From an uncultured virus (IMG/VR IMGVR_UViG_3300036940_000262) (taxonomy: Duplodnaviria > Heunggongvirae > Uroviricota > Caudoviricetes), in the IMG/VR virus record IMGVR_UViG_3300036940_000262: a stretch of 64,000 nt of DNA; one strand, given 5' to 3'. Of the stretch, positions 9,170 through 20,138 are shown one piece after another (the stretch's first letter is position 1; each line of letters begins with the position of its first letter). The position numbers were made by a program, and so were the translations under genes. The notes beneath the pieces were generated by a model. That model was not told the origin of the DNA. It was given only the letters and a program-made list of their open reading frames with translations, and made no database searches.

Positions 9170-9772
9170 TTGAAAAAAGTAACAGCACTAATACTAAGTG
9201 GGGTAATGATTACTGGCTTATTATTTACAGGTTGCAGTAGTTCTAGTGAGGACGATACAAGTAATCTTAGTTCAGAGTTCAGTGTTAACAATGAACAAAC
9301 AGACTCAAACGACGAAGAACAACCTAAAGATGGTTCTCAGGCTTCAACGAACATATCAGACATTACAGTTGTAGATGGCTCAACTGATGAAGCAGTAACA
9401 CAAACAGCACCACAAAGCAGTGGTGAGGCTTCTACAGAAACAGCAGAGGCTTCTGGAACAGTAGACGAATCAGAGTTGCCTGATTTAGAGGATGCACCTA
9501 ATCCTTTTTCTGCAATAGGTGACGAGGGTGCAAGTGTTGATATGGTTGGGGCATATATGGCAGTTAAACAAAGTGATGGCACAATTGCTCATTTTCTAGA
9601 TTATCAGACAGATGAAAATCCGTATGGTCATGTGCAGATCGTGTATGACGGTCATAATGAAGCATTGTTTTCAGAGGGTACAACAATTAAAGTTGTCGGT
9701 ACAAGTGGTTATGTGACAGTTGTAGACTTAAAGATCCCTGCAATTATCGCATCGAGTGTAACTCAGGTTTAG
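9170..9772 (+). CDS. Putative lipoprotein
   Basis: GGAGG RBS, TTG start, LFTGC lipobox, acidic S/T linker. Confidence 0.75.
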   Translation: MKKVTALILSGVMITGLLFTGCSSSSEDDTSNLSSEFSVNNEQTDSNDEEQPKDGSQASTNISDITVVDGSTDEAVTQTAPQSSGEASTETAEASGTVDESELPDLEDAPNPFSAIGDEGASVDMVGAYMAVKQSDGTIAHFLDYQTDENPYGHVQIVYDGHNEALFSEGTTIKVVGTSGYVTVVDLKIPAIIASSVTQV

Positions 9773-9783
9773 GGGGTAGAAGT

Positions 9784-10773
9784 TTGAAAAGATTAGTTGT
9801 TTTAGGTTTGGCATTTGTAATGTTGTGTGGTTTAGCTGTGCCGTTATTTACAGGGTGCAGTACAACTACAGAACAGGGTTCAGAGAATTTAAATATTGTA
9901 TGCACAACTTATCCTGTATACGATTGGGTGACTAATTTAGTAGAGGGCGTAGACGGCGTAAATGTATCATATCTACTAAATGATGGGGTAAGTTCTCACA
10001 GTTATGAACCGTCAGCAGATGATATCATTGAGATTGGCAAAGCGGATTTATTTATCTTTAACGGCGGTGAATCTGAGGAGTGGGTTGAGAGTGTCTTAGA
10101 GACAGCAAATATTGAGGGTCAGGAGGTGTTGTGCTTAATGGATTATCTTAAAGAAGCCAACATGGCTGTACCTGTTCCACATATTGAGGGGTCAACCTAT
10201 TTTACAGAGGAGGAGCATGAGGATGATGTGGAGTATGACGAGCACATCTGGTTGTCAATTAAAAACGCTGGAAGTCTTGTAGATGTGATAGCTGGTAAGC
10301 TATCTTTGATGGACTCTCAGAATAGTGGTAGATATACATCAAATTCAGTGAATTACATTGCGAAACTCACATCTTTAGACGATGAATATACATCAATGAC
10401 TTTAAGTTCACCATCTAACACATGGGTATTTGCAAGTATGTTCCCATTTGCTTATATGGCAAACGATTATGGAATAACAACTTATGCCGCTTTTAGTGGC
10501 TGTTCAGCTTCATCAGAGGTATCATTTGACACAATCACTTTCTTAAGTAAAAAGGTAGACGAATTAGGGGTAACTCATGTAATTGTACCGGTAGGTAACG
10601 ATACAGACATCGAAGAAACAATTGCTGAAAACACCAATGCAGGTAGTTTGGAAGTTGTAAGCATCGACACTTTACATGCAATAACTCAAGAAGAAGCGGA
10701 TAGTGGAGAGGTGAGTTACTTATCTACGATGAAAAATAACCTAGAGTTGTTGAAACCAGTATTTAATCAGTAG
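9784..10773 (+). CDS. Zn/Mn ABC transporter substrate-binding lipoprotein (ZnuA/AdcA/TroA family)
   Basis: FTGC lipobox; IVCTTYPVYDW; SHSYEPS..DI; DEHIWLS. Confidence 0.9.
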   Translation: MKRLVVLGLAFVMLCGLAVPLFTGCSTTTEQGSENLNIVCTTYPVYDWVTNLVEGVDGVNVSYLLNDGVSSHSYEPSADDIIEIGKADLFIFNGGESEEWVESVLETANIEGQEVLCLMDYLKEANMAVPVPHIEGSTYFTEEEHEDDVEYDEHIWLSIKNAGSLVDVIAGKLSLMDSQNSGRYTSNSVNYIAKLTSLDDEYTSMTLSSPSNTWVFASMFPFAYMANDYGITTYAAFSGCSASSEVSFDTITFLSKKVDELGVTHVIVPVGNDTDIEETIAENTNAGSLEVVSIDTLHAITQEEADSGEVSYLSTMKNNLELLKPVFNQ

Positions 10774-10780
10774 GTGGGAT

Positions 10781-11419
10781 ATGCAGATAAGTTGTGAGAA
10801 TCTTTCAGTAGGTTACGGAACTACAGAAATTCTAAGAGGTATTAATTTTGAGATATTTAAAGGTGATTTTGTCTGCATTATCGGAGAAAATGGGGTAGGA
10901 AAAACTACCCTTTTTAAAACTCTATTAGGCATACAAAAACCTTTAAGTGGTGAAGTGGTGTATGGTGATGGTGTAAAAGAGTCTGGTATAGGGTATGTTC
11001 CACAGCAGTTAAGTATCCAAATAGGTTTTCCTGCATCTGTTCAGGAAGTTGTACAATCAGGGGTGAAATCCAAAGGTATCTTTTATTCAAAACAGGAGAA
11101 AGAGTTAGTAAGCAGTTACTTGAAAAGACTGGGTCTATGGGGTATGAGGTATAAACCTTTCAATGATTTGTCAGGTGGTCAAAAGCAAAGAGTATTGATT
11201 GCAAGAGCATTATGCACAACGGATAAAATACTTCTTTTAGATGAACCAACAGCAGGTTTAGATTCTCCAGCAATTAACGGGGTATATGCTCTGCTTGAGG
11301 ATCTAAACAAAGAAGGTATTACAATCATCATGATTACGCACGACAGTGGCTTTTTAAATCATTTTGAGAGTAAGGTGTTTAAGTTATCAAAAGGTAGATT
11401 AGAGGAGAGACATCAATGA
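10781..11419 (+). CDS. Metal ABC transporter ATP-binding protein (ZnuC-like)
   Basis: GENGVGKTT; GYVPQ; LSGGQKQR; LLLDEP; ITHD. Confidence 0.93.
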   Translation: MQISCENLSVGYGTTEILRGINFEIFKGDFVCIIGENGVGKTTLFKTLLGIQKPLSGEVVYGDGVKESGIGYVPQQLSIQIGFPASVQEVVQSGVKSKGIFYSKQEKELVSSYLKRLGLWGMRYKPFNDLSGGQKQRVLIARALCTTDKILLLDEPTAGLDSPAINGVYALLEDLNKEGITIIMITHDSGFLNHFESKVFKLSKGRLEERHQ

Positions 11420-11649
11420 AAAAATATGTTTTAAAATATAACTTCAATATTTATAATGCTGAAACTTTGCAAGTAAGAGAAGTAGAGGCTAGAGAACGTA
11501 TATTTAGTGAATTTGAGGATTTATTAAAAGAGTTTAGACGGTTAAGAGAACAGAAGTTTATGGGTATATACGAGGTAAACCACAATTTTGAGTACTACGT
11601 ACTTGAGGGTGAAAAACGAAGTGTGAATGATTTAATAAGTTTATTATAG
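11416..11649 (+). CDS. Hypothetical protein inside the ABC operon
   Basis: GAGGAG RBS; ATGA overlap with the ATPase stop. Confidence 0.6.
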   Translation: MKKYVLKYNFNIYNAETLQVREVEARERIFSEFEDLLKEFRRLREQKFMGIYEVNHNFEYYVLEGEKRSVNDLISLL

Positions 11650-11657
11650 GAGGGTAA

Positions 11658-12500
11658 ATGGAGGTATTTGAGAAGTTAATTTATTATTTGCAGTATCCTT
11701 TTGTTCAATACGCTTTAATAACAGGGGTATTCATATCTCTAAGTACAGCTCTATTGGGAGTACCACTGGTGTTGAAACGAATGTCATTTCTAAGTACAGG
11801 GCTATCAAACTTTGCATTTGCCATGACTACTGTAGTGAGTGTCTCTAGCTTAAGCAAAAACTTATTTATAGTGTTAGGCTCAACAATTCTTTGTGCGGTC
11901 TATTTACTTTGTTTCAGTAAAAACGATAGTGTACAAGGTGGTGATGCAAGGTTAGCAGTACTATCAGTAGGTGCATTATCGGTAGGGTATATCGTGTTGA
12001 GTATGTTTTCCTCATCAGGGAACGTATCAACAGATGTTTGTACCATTCTGTTTGGTGCAACGACAATATTAACTCTATCATCAACTGATGTGATGTTGTG
12101 TATAGGGTTGTCAGTACTGGTAGTATTAGTATTTATAATTTTTTATAAACAAATATTCACAACAACATTTGATGCAGACTTTGGTAAAGCATCAGGGGTA
12201 GGTTCTGGGAAGATAGACATATTAATAGCAGTGATAACAGCGGTAGTTATTGTATTAGCCTTAAATCTGGTTGGTTCATTACTGATTTCAGCACTTATAG
12301 TATTGCCTGTGTTGTCGGCTATGACAGTCGTAAAAACATATAGAAATGTTGTTATATTTTCAGCGGTCTATTCTATAATCTGTTCAGTGATTGGTTTATG
12401 TCTTGCAATCTTATTGGGTTCACCTGTCGGGGCAACGATTGTGGTGTTTGATTTATCGGTATATAGTGTATTGTTTGTAATTTCAAAAATAAGAAAGTAG
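11658..12500 (+). CDS. Metal ABC transporter permease (ZnuB-like)
   Basis: Multi-TM; LLG..LVLKRMS; ILFG; TTFD..F.KASG; VGSLLISALIVLP. Confidence 0.92.
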   Translation: MEVFEKLIYYLQYPFVQYALITGVFISLSTALLGVPLVLKRMSFLSTGLSNFAFAMTTVVSVSSLSKNLFIVLGSTILCAVYLLCFSKNDSVQGGDARLAVLSVGALSVGYIVLSMFSSSGNVSTDVCTILFGATTILTLSSTDVMLCIGLSVLVVLVFIIFYKQIFTTTFDADFGKASGVGSGKIDILIAVITAVVIVLALNLVGSLLISALIVLPVLSAMTVVKTYRNVVIFSAVYSIICSVIGLCLAILLGSPVGATIVVFDLSVYSVLFVISKIRK

Positions 12501-12501
12501 G

Positions 12502-13110
12502 TTGAGAATGAGTAAACGGTTAAAATTGGCATTAAGTATTTTGTTGTTGGTAGGGTTTCTTTCCGGGTGTAGTGGGGAGAGTACGGGTTTGAACGGAACA
12601 ACTAGCAACACAGCAACTACAGATCAAGTTTTACAAGAGCAATCAGGTGGTGATACAAGTGCAGATAAAAGTCAAGAAGGGCGTATCACAGACCCTAGTA
12701 CACTTAATGTTCAAAATGGTTCTGCATCAGATTTAGTTCAGACTAATGAGGTAGAAACTTTAGCATTCGGGGATACAGGTCAGTCTATTGATATGGATAT
12801 GTCGGGCGACAATAATCTAATGGTATATTCGCAATGCATTGAGTTGTTCAATAATTATCAGGATTATGAAGGTAAAGTAGTTAGTATCCCAGGGACTTAT
12901 GCTTCATATTATTATGAGGGCACAGACACAACATACTATTATGTAATTGTATCAGATTCAACTGCTTGTTGTCAAACAGGTTTGGAGTTCACATTTGCAG
13001 ATGGTACAGACCCATCAACTGTATTAAATGAGTTTGATCCGGTAACCTTGACAGGGGTATTCTCTACTTATGAAGAGGACGGTGTAACTTACGCCACAAT
13101 AACGGTATAA
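12502..13110 (+). CDS. Lipoprotein with CC motif, metal-transport associated
   Basis: LSGC lipobox; DYEGK.V...G...DSTACCQTGLEF OB-fold-like region; last gene of the ABC operon. Confidence 0.7.
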   Translation: MRMSKRLKLALSILLLVGFLSGCSGESTGLNGTTSNTATTDQVLQEQSGGDTSADKSQEGRITDPSTLNVQNGSASDLVQTNEVETLAFGDTGQSIDMDMSGDNNLMVYSQCIELFNNYQDYEGKVVSIPGTYASYYYEGTDTTYYYVIVSDSTACCQTGLEFTFADGTDPSTVLNEFDPVTLTGVFSTYEEDGVTYATITV

Positions 13111-13132
13111 GTATTTGTCAGATTTTTAGCGT

Positions 13133-13167
13133 AACAAGTAAAAGATAAGTGGGGTATTTCATATAAT
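13133..13167 (+). promoter_or_regulatory. Element-specific promoter, variant box
   Basis: AACAAGTA(13133-13140), 21 nt, TATAAT(13162-13167). Confidence 0.55.
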
Positions 13168-13234
13168 AATTGAAGTGGGGATCTGCTTCAATTATTATTA
13201 TGTTCATAGACAAGAGAGAAGGAGTAAGTGATTA

Positions 13235-16200
13235 ATGAGTAAACTAAGAAAAGTGGGATTGGCACTGACCTTGGTTCTCGGATTATTCTCTGCGAGTGTA
13301 AATGCTCAAGGGAGTACTGTATCAAGTGGTGTTTACTATAAAACACACATTCAGAATGTAGGGTGGGAGACTGCCTTATCAAAAGATGGGGTAACATCAG
13401 GTACAGAGGGACGAAGCTTAAGGTTAGAGGGTATTGAGATTGATTTGGGTGATTCTTTATCAGGACATATTGAGTACAGAACTCATGTACAAAATGTGGG
13501 CTGGGAGTCCGAATGGTCACAAGACGGTGAAACAGCAGGAACACAAGGTAAGGGTTTAAGACTTGAAGGCATTCAGATTAGATTAGTCAACATGCCGGGG
13601 TACTCAATCGAATATCGAACTCATGTTCAAAATGAGGGTTGGGAGACTGAATGGTCAGCAGATGGAGAAACAGCAGGAACTCAAGGTAAAGGGTTAAGAC
13701 TTGAGGGGATTCAAATCAGGCTGGTTTCTAATAGGAGTGATTTGACAGACTATAACAGCCTTTTGTCAAAAATATCTAAGTTAGATGAGTCATTGTATAC
13801 AGACTATTCTATAACATACTTAGATGAGACTGTGTCGGCAAATACTGTTAAAGATACAAATACACAAGATGAAGTTGATTCAGCAGTTGAAGCAATTCAA
13901 GATGCCTACAGTAGTTTAGAAAAGCTTTCAAGCTATAAAAGCTACTCTACAGCAGGAACATTTGGTACTTCTACAGTAACAACCATATCTAGTGGTGTAA
14001 TTGTTGAGAAAGGCGAGACAACATTACAGAATCTTATCATTCGGGGTGATTTGATTTTAGATAGTAGTGCATCAGGCTCAATAACATTAGATAATGTTGA
14101 AGTAACAGGAGATATCTTAGTAAGAGGCAGTTTGACAACTCTAAACTACGATAGTTCAGAAGATGTAAACTTGATATTCCAGACATTTAGCAATGGTTCT
14201 CTAACAGTAAACAGTAGTGGAGATGGTTTACTAAACATCTACTACAGTGAGGAAATGTCAGGGGTAGTAACTCAGGCAACAAGCAAGAGTGTTGTTTTAT
14301 CAGGTAGTTTTGGAGAGGTTGGTTTTGACGGAACTTTATTCAAAATAAGTGTTTCAGACGATTCTTATGTTGATTGGTTGACATTGGGTGATGATTCAGA
14401 GGGAAGTACTATTTCTGTATCAGAAGGTGCAACTGTTGCAAGGATGACTTTGTACTCCAAAACAGCAATGACAGGAACAGGTGTAGTTACTTTGTTAGAA
14501 GCAAACGCCAATAACATTACGTACACAAAATCACCTAAAAAAGTAACAGTAGGTTCTTATGTTACAGTAGATCCAAAACTAGAAGCGATTTTAGTGAAGT
14601 CAATCACTTTAACATCAAGCTCAAGTAATTTGTATATGGGTTCTACAGTAACAATGACAGCATCTACTTCACCTACTGATGCTACAGACGACAGCATTAA
14701 TTGGTCAATTATTAATGGTACAGGTTCAGCAACAATCTCATCAGACGGGGTAATAACACCTACTGCTTTAGGTTCTATAACAGTTAGAGCAACAGCAGGA
14801 GACGGTTCTGGTATTAAAGCAATTAAGACTTTTATAGTTAAAGAGCCTGTAGGTGGTATATTAACATCAATGACAACTAAGTTGCCAATGGGTACAATTA
14901 GTCCTGTAATTAACATTACGTTGACAGGAGATACCTTTACAACAGAAGCATCAACTGTATCAAATTGGACAATTGACTCAGCGAGTGGGTTAAGCATTCG
15001 TTCTATTGTTAGAAACTCATCGACAAGCGTAACAGTATATACAACAGGTACAGCAGCATCAGGAACATTCACACTTCATGCAAATGAAGAAGCTATGACA
15101 AGCGGGGTAGAGAGTGAGGAGTTAAATATTGAGATATATCTACAGGAAGTATCACTTTTAACGATTCCTGGAATCGTAGCACCTGTAACTGGTGCAACTC
15201 CTAGTTTAGCAGGTATTTCAACTGACCAATATACAGGTACTATTATGTGGTATCCTACTGCATCAACATTCCAAGAGGGTGTTTCATACACTGCATCAGT
15301 CGTATTAACACCTAAGTCTGGGTATACTTTTGAGGGTGTTAATGCAAACTCATTTGTGGTAGCTGGTGCAAGTTCAGTAACAAACACAGCCAATTCAGGG
15401 GTAGTTACAGTGGTATTCCCTGCAACATCTTTAATAAGTACAGATGCTAATATACTGAGCGGTACTTTAGGCGGTGCGACAATTGGTGGGGAATCTTTTA
15501 CAGGTGCATCGACAATTGCAACAAGCACATCGTTAACAGTTGCAGTTCCTGCTGAAAGTAGAACAGATGCGATTTTAAGCTTAACGAAGTCAAATTCAGC
15601 TTCTACAATTACTTATGGTAAGAATACAGGTGTCGTTCCCGATAATACTATCTATTCTGTAAATTTATCAACAACAGGAACAATTGCATCATTAAATAGT
15701 GGTGATGTTATTTGGGTAAAAGTCGTAGCCGAAGACGGTATAACTACAAGATATTACAAAATAACAGTAGTAGATATCGTATATGACTTATTAACAGTAA
15801 CTCAACCATCAGGTGTTGCTATTGCGACAGAACAGACTACAGTAGAAGATGCTCTGACATACTTAAACGAGAATTATTCTACTGTTACGGTGACTTCCTC
15901 ACCTTCTGGGGTAACTACACTTCCTGTAATCTGGTCATTTACAACAGTAGATAATTGGGATAGTGAGTTTAGTAGTGATAAAGATGCCTATAATGTGTTC
16001 AGATGGACAGCGGTTTTAGGGTCTGTTACAAATACAAATTCTGTAAATACAACAGGTGTAACAACTGTAAAATCTACATGGGTTCACACTTATGATGTAG
16101 CTTTTGTTACAAACAATGATCAAACAATTGAAACAATCACAGTTGAAGAAGGTAACATCTTAGGTGAACCTGAAGGAATGGTTAAAGAAGGTTCCACTTT

Positions 16201-16294
16201 AGATGGATGGTATCTTGAAGAAACATTTGAAACAAAATGGGATTTCGCAGATGCTATATCAGGGGATATGACATTATATGCAAAATGGGGTTAA
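13235..16294 (+). CDS. Large surface protein: N-terminal ChW repeats, FIVAR-like, Ig-like domains, C-terminal InlB B-repeat
   Basis: Signal peptide; three ChW repeats; TQDEVDSAVEAIQDA; P.DATDDSINWS (Big_2); KEGSTLDGWY...WDF...ISGDMTLYAKW. Confidence 0.88.
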   Translation: MSKLRKVGLALTLVLGLFSASVNAQGSTVSSGVYYKTHIQNVGWETALSKDGVTSGTEGRSLRLEGIEIDLGDSLSGHIEYRTHVQNVGWESEWSQDGETAGTQGKGLRLEGIQIRLVNMPGYSIEYRTHVQNEGWETEWSADGETAGTQGKGLRLEGIQIRLVSNRSDLTDYNSLLSKISKLDESLYTDYSITYLDETVSANTVKDTNTQDEVDSAVEAIQDAYSSLEKLSSYKSYSTAGTFGTSTVTTISSGVIVEKGETTLQNLIIRGDLILDSSASGSITLDNVEVTGDILVRGSLTTLNYDSSEDVNLIFQTFSNGSLTVNSSGDGLLNIYYSEEMSGVVTQATSKSVVLSGSFGEVGFDGTLFKISVSDDSYVDWLTLGDDSEGSTISVSEGATVARMTLYSKTAMTGTGVVTLLEANANNITYTKSPKKVTVGSYVTVDPKLEAILVKSITLTSSSSNLYMGSTVTMTASTSPTDATDDSINWSIINGTGSATISSDGVITPTALGSITVRATAGDGSGIKAIKTFIVKEPVGGILTSMTTKLPMGTISPVINITLTGDTFTTEASTVSNWTIDSASGLSIRSIVRNSSTSVTVYTTGTAASGTFTLHANEEAMTSGVESEELNIEIYLQEVSLLTIPGIVAPVTGATPSLAGISTDQYTGTIMWYPTASTFQEGVSYTASVVLTPKSGYTFEGVNANSFVVAGASSVTNTANSGVVTVVFPATSLISTDANILSGTLGGATIGGESFTGASTIATSTSLTVAVPAESRTDAILSLTKSNSASTITYGKNTGVVPDNTIYSVNLSTTGTIASLNSGDVIWVKVVAEDGITTRYYKITVVDIVYDLLTVTQPSGVAIATEQTTVEDALTYLNENYSTVTVTSSPSGVTTLPVIWSFTTVDNWDSEFSSDKDAYNVFRWTAVLGSVTNTNSVNTTGVTTVKSTWVHTYDVAFVTNNDQTIETITVEEGNILGEPEGMVKEGSTLDGWYLEETFETKWDFADAISGDMTLYAKWG

Positions 16295-16387
16295 ACTAAG
16301 GGGGTAAAGCGGTGTAATAACCGCTTGCCTTTTTATAAGTTAAAGGGATAATTTTTATTGATTAAAAAAGAGAAAGGAGAGGGTGTT

Positions 16388-17356
16388 TTGAAAGTACGTA
16401 AAAGGGTAGTTTTGGCAGTATTAACAGCGACAATGTTGGTAAGTACGGTTTCAGTCAGTGCTGTGACAGAAGAAAGTTTGTATGAAAGATTTGGAAAAGT
16501 TTACGGCATAAACATTGTCGGAACAGATACATCAGCATTGAGCGACAGACTTGACTTGTTATATAATGCCTACACATCTGGTATTCAGTTAAATGCAGAA
16601 GCTTCATCAAAAGAAAATATTGAAAACGTAATTGATGAGATGAATGCAGAAATAAATGATAAAACTTCAAAAGAGTTAGAGGAACTGACAATTAAAAAAG
16701 AAAATATTTCTCAGAAAATAGAAGACAATCTTGTATTAGGGGAAATTGAGGATTTACAGTCATTATTAGCAGAGTATAAGGGGTACGAGGAACAGATAAA
16801 AGATGTTCTTGAGGAAAGAAACTCATTATATAAACTAGAAGGTTCAATGAAGATTGACAAGGTAGACTTAGATCCAATTGAACAAGAGATTATGAAGTAT
16901 GAGTCTGCAATAGATGTTGCTTCAAAAGCAAAAGTAGACTTGGGTGATTTATCTGAACTAAAACGTCCATTTAATTATGAATTAGACATAACTGATAGAG
17001 CTGGTTGGAGACTCCATCCAATTTGGGGGGATTATCGATTTCACTCAGGGGTAGATTATGCAATGCCGACTGGAACAGAACTGTATTCACTATTTAATGG
17101 AACAGTCTTATCCGCAGGGTGGTATGGTGGTTATGGTAATTGTGTAAGAATCGATTGTGGTGATGGGATTGTACTGTTATACGGTCACATGGACAGTATA
17201 AGTGACAATATCAGAGAAGGGTATCATGTTAGTCAGAATGAGTTAATCGGGTATTCAGGTAGTACAGGAGATTCAACTGGGCCACATTTACATCTCGGTA
17301 TGTACTATCAAGAGGAAATCTTAGATGTGGAGGACTTGTTTGAGTATGGGAAGTAG
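16388..17356 (+). CDS. M23 family metallopeptidase with N-terminal coiled coil
   Basis: FHSGVD (HxxxD), GGYGN, YGHM, STGPHLH; TTG start after AAAGGAGAGG. Confidence 0.9.
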   Translation: MKVRKRVVLAVLTATMLVSTVSVSAVTEESLYERFGKVYGINIVGTDTSALSDRLDLLYNAYTSGIQLNAEASSKENIENVIDEMNAEINDKTSKELEELTIKKENISQKIEDNLVLGEIEDLQSLLAEYKGYEEQIKDVLEERNSLYKLEGSMKIDKVDLDPIEQEIMKYESAIDVASKAKVDLGDLSELKRPFNYELDITDRAGWRLHPIWGDYRFHSGVDYAMPTGTELYSLFNGTVLSAGWYGGYGNCVRIDCGDGIVLLYGHMDSISDNIREGYHVSQNELIGYSGSTGDSTGPHLHLGMYYQEEILDVEDLFEYGK

Positions 17357-17897
17357 TTACTACAGATATAAAGGTATTCTTTATGAAGAACCCCCTTTTG
17401 AATCGTTTAAAGTAGTTAATGCGGACTACAAAGACGATGGAACAATCATCTATAACATTAAATCAAAAAGACCTTCGATTCTAAACTTGTTTTTACTACT
17501 ACCTGTTATTGGGTTGATTCTTTTTAATGTTGCTGTATACGATATGCGCACAGGTGATGGATTCACACATATTACTAGAATCCCTGAACAAATGTATTAC
17601 GACTCAGCATCAGGAACAATTGATGTTGATGTAGAAAACGATGTTCAAAATGTTGGGAGTATAAGTTTAAAGCTTATAGATGATGTAAATAGTCAGACTT
17701 TACTAGAGTTAGAAGGTATAGAACCAGGTGAGTCTGTAGGTGCAATACCAATTGAAAATGTTGAAACAGGTATGCCTGTAATGTGTACATTGTATTATAC
17801 AGTGACACCAGCTTATGTGTCATTAACACCTTTAGAAAAGAAGGTGATGTTAGTAGATAGAGTTAATTCAGATAGTGAGTTAAACTCATATTTTTAG
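17325..17897 (+). CDS. Hypothetical single-TM protein
   Basis: One hydrophobic helix; operon context. Confidence 0.65.
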   Translation: MWRTCLSMGSSYYRYKGILYEEPPFESFKVVNADYKDDGTIIYNIKSKRPSILNLFLLLPVIGLILFNVAVYDMRTGDGFTHITRIPEQMYYDSASGTIDVDVENDVQNVGSISLKLIDDVNSQTLLELEGIEPGESVGAIPIENVETGMPVMCTLYYTVTPAYVSLTPLEKKVMLVDRVNSDSELNSYF

Positions 17898-17906
17898 GAG
17901 GTAAAC

Positions 17907-18308
17907 GTGAGGAGATTAAAAGATATTCAATTAACAGTCTCAGGGGTAGTTTTTGACGGCAGACACGTCTTAGTGTTTGGGATAGGATTAATTCTATCAA
18001 TAGGTATATCTGCTAGTTTTATTGTAAGTGCTTTAAATAGCGATGCAAAACAGTACGAACCTTATCAGGATAATGTTAAACTATTAAGTAGTTTTAGTGG
18101 TTATTCACGATCAGAAAGGGGTAGCGAGAACACAATCTATTTAGAAGGTAAAGGACTGGTAGAGAAGTCAGAAAAGACAGAATCGATGGGGTATAGTAGT
18201 TCTGGTAGTAGTACAGGTGATATGTCTTCTATTAATTTAGTTAAAATGGGAAACGGCAGTAGTTTTGATTGGGGTGGTGGTTCAAACTACTCCAATGCAA
18301 CAGAGTGA
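17907..18308 (+). CDS. Hypothetical single-TM protein
   Basis: GGAGG RBS, TM helix, Ser/Gly-rich tail. Confidence 0.65.
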   Translation: MRRLKDIQLTVSGVVFDGRHVLVFGIGLILSIGISASFIVSALNSDAKQYEPYQDNVKLLSSFSGYSRSERGSENTIYLEGKGLVEKSEKTESMGYSSSGSSTGDMSSINLVKMGNGSSFDWGGGSNYSNATE

Positions 18309-18321
18309 GAGAGGTTTGTAA

Positions 18322-20091
18322 ATGAAGAAAATTAGTAGATTGTTGTTAAGCTTAACGTTTATTCTTTCTATTTTAGCATCATCTGTTTTTGCAATAGAGA
18401 ACAATGCAACAACAGATTCATCTGGAAATACAGAGCAGACACCTTATGCTTATTACAATTCAGACCAGTATATGTGGAAAGCATCGTTGTATGTTGCTAA
18501 AAGCGATACAGTAACAACAGAGTCATCAACAATGAATGACTTTTATAAAGTAGGTGAAAATCCGCTTTATCTATCTCCTGTAGACAGTTGGGGTGGTTGG
18601 ACTTGTGGAGCAAGACCTTCTGATTTATCAGAAGTTAAATTCTCAACATCAAGTAAAGTATCAGTATTACAAGAATTAGCAACTAACGGTGGTGATGCTA
18701 GCACATTGACTCCTGTCAATTTTGTTAATCAGGACACTATTCAGTATATGTATGTACCTGAGATTAATGGAAATAGACTCCCTCCCATCCCAGGGGTAAA
18801 TGATGGCTACTACTATGGTTCTGGTGAACAGCAACAAGGTTTAGTAGGGGACTTTAACGAGGTCAACACATTCTTTACAAGTAATACTTTAATCTATAAT
18901 GTGTTAAGTACATACACCTCTTTGCAAGGAACTACTCCTGAAGCCTATGTGTCAACATTAGAATTAACAATCGATGGCGAAACAAAGACAGGCTGGGATT
19001 CTAATTTAGTACTGCCAATTCAAGACGGCGCAGGGGTACAAGGTAATCATGTACAATGGTTATTAGTATATGAACCTGTATCAATCATCTATGTAGGAAC
19101 AGTAGGGTATGCGGTAACAGCAACAGACGTATCCTTAATGCAGATTAAGCAACAAATGGATTGGTGGTATGATGAAACTGTCTTTACAGATTGGGCTGGT
19201 CAGCAACAGTATTCATGGGCTGATAACAGTTCTAGACAGAATATTGCTAGATTAGCATTTCTTGTATTGGGTAACTCTATTCTAACAGATAAAACATGGT
19301 TTGGTTTAGAAGCTAGTCAAAATATCCCTAGTGGTTCATCAGCTATTCCACAATGTAGATGGAATCCATTAGATCAATTGAAATATGGCGGTTGGGGTAT
19401 GGTTAGATGGTCAAATAACACATCCTCTGTATCGCACACAACTGGTGAATATGCTGTGTCTTATGTATGCTCAAATGGTGCGACAATGGCTACCTCTTAT
19501 TACAATACAGGTGATAAGATAGAAGAACCAACAATGGTAGCAGATGAGGGGTATACATTTGTAGGTTACTACACAGATGATACTTATACTACAGTATTTG
19601 ATTTTGACACTTATGTGGTAGGTAGTGATGTGCAGATTTATGCTAAGTTTGTAAAGAATGACGATGTGAACATTACTATTAACTTTAACTCAAACGGCGG
19701 TTCTAGTGTTGATAGTGTTACTACAACATCGGGAAGTGAGATTGAAGCACCTGTAACCCCTACAAAAGATAACAGTGTATTTACAGGATGGTTCAAAGAT
19801 AGTGCATTAACAGAAGAATTTGATTTTAGAGAGTCTGTGACAGACAGCATTACTTTGTATGCTGGGTGGACTATTAATAAAGCAACTGTAGAGTATATTG
19901 TTGATGGAGCAGTTGTTGCAACTGTAACAGCAGATGGCGGCAGTAAACTGACTTCAAGAACAGCACCTACAAAAGCAGGTGAAATCTTTGTAGGGTGGTT
20001 TACATCAGATGATTACGATGAGATTTGGGATTTTAATAATGATATTGTTGAAAGTGATATGACTCTGTATGCGTATTATGTATCAGAGTAA
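18322..20091 (+). CDS. Secreted protein with three C-terminal InlB B-repeats (Flg_new)
   Basis: Signal peptide; three P.(K/A).GY.F.GW....FDF...V..DITLYA repeats. Confidence 0.85.
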   Translation: MKKISRLLLSLTFILSILASSVFAIENNATTDSSGNTEQTPYAYYNSDQYMWKASLYVAKSDTVTTESSTMNDFYKVGENPLYLSPVDSWGGWTCGARPSDLSEVKFSTSSKVSVLQELATNGGDASTLTPVNFVNQDTIQYMYVPEINGNRLPPIPGVNDGYYYGSGEQQQGLVGDFNEVNTFFTSNTLIYNVLSTYTSLQGTTPEAYVSTLELTIDGETKTGWDSNLVLPIQDGAGVQGNHVQWLLVYEPVSIIYVGTVGYAVTATDVSLMQIKQQMDWWYDETVFTDWAGQQQYSWADNSSRQNIARLAFLVLGNSILTDKTWFGLEASQNIPSGSSAIPQCRWNPLDQLKYGGWGMVRWSNNTSSVSHTTGEYAVSYVCSNGATMATSYYNTGDKIEEPTMVADEGYTFVGYYTDDTYTTVFDFDTYVVGSDVQIYAKFVKNDDVNITINFNSNGGSSVDSVTTTSGSEIEAPVTPTKDNSVFTGWFKDSALTEEFDFRESVTDSITLYAGWTINKATVEYIVDGAVVATVTADGGSKLTSRTAPTKAGEIFVGWFTSDDYDEIWDFNNDIVESDMTLYAYYVSE

Positions 20092-20107
20092 AAATAGGTA
20101 AATTAAT

Positions 20108-20138
20108 AAGGGGTTGCTTAGGCAATCCCTTTTATTTA
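20108..20138 (+). terminator. Intrinsic terminator
   Basis: AAGGGGTTGC-ttag-GCAATCCCTT + T tract. Confidence 0.65.

Noticed and set aside
13330..13720. Direct repeats of ~140 nt
   Set aside because: Explained by ChW protein repeats
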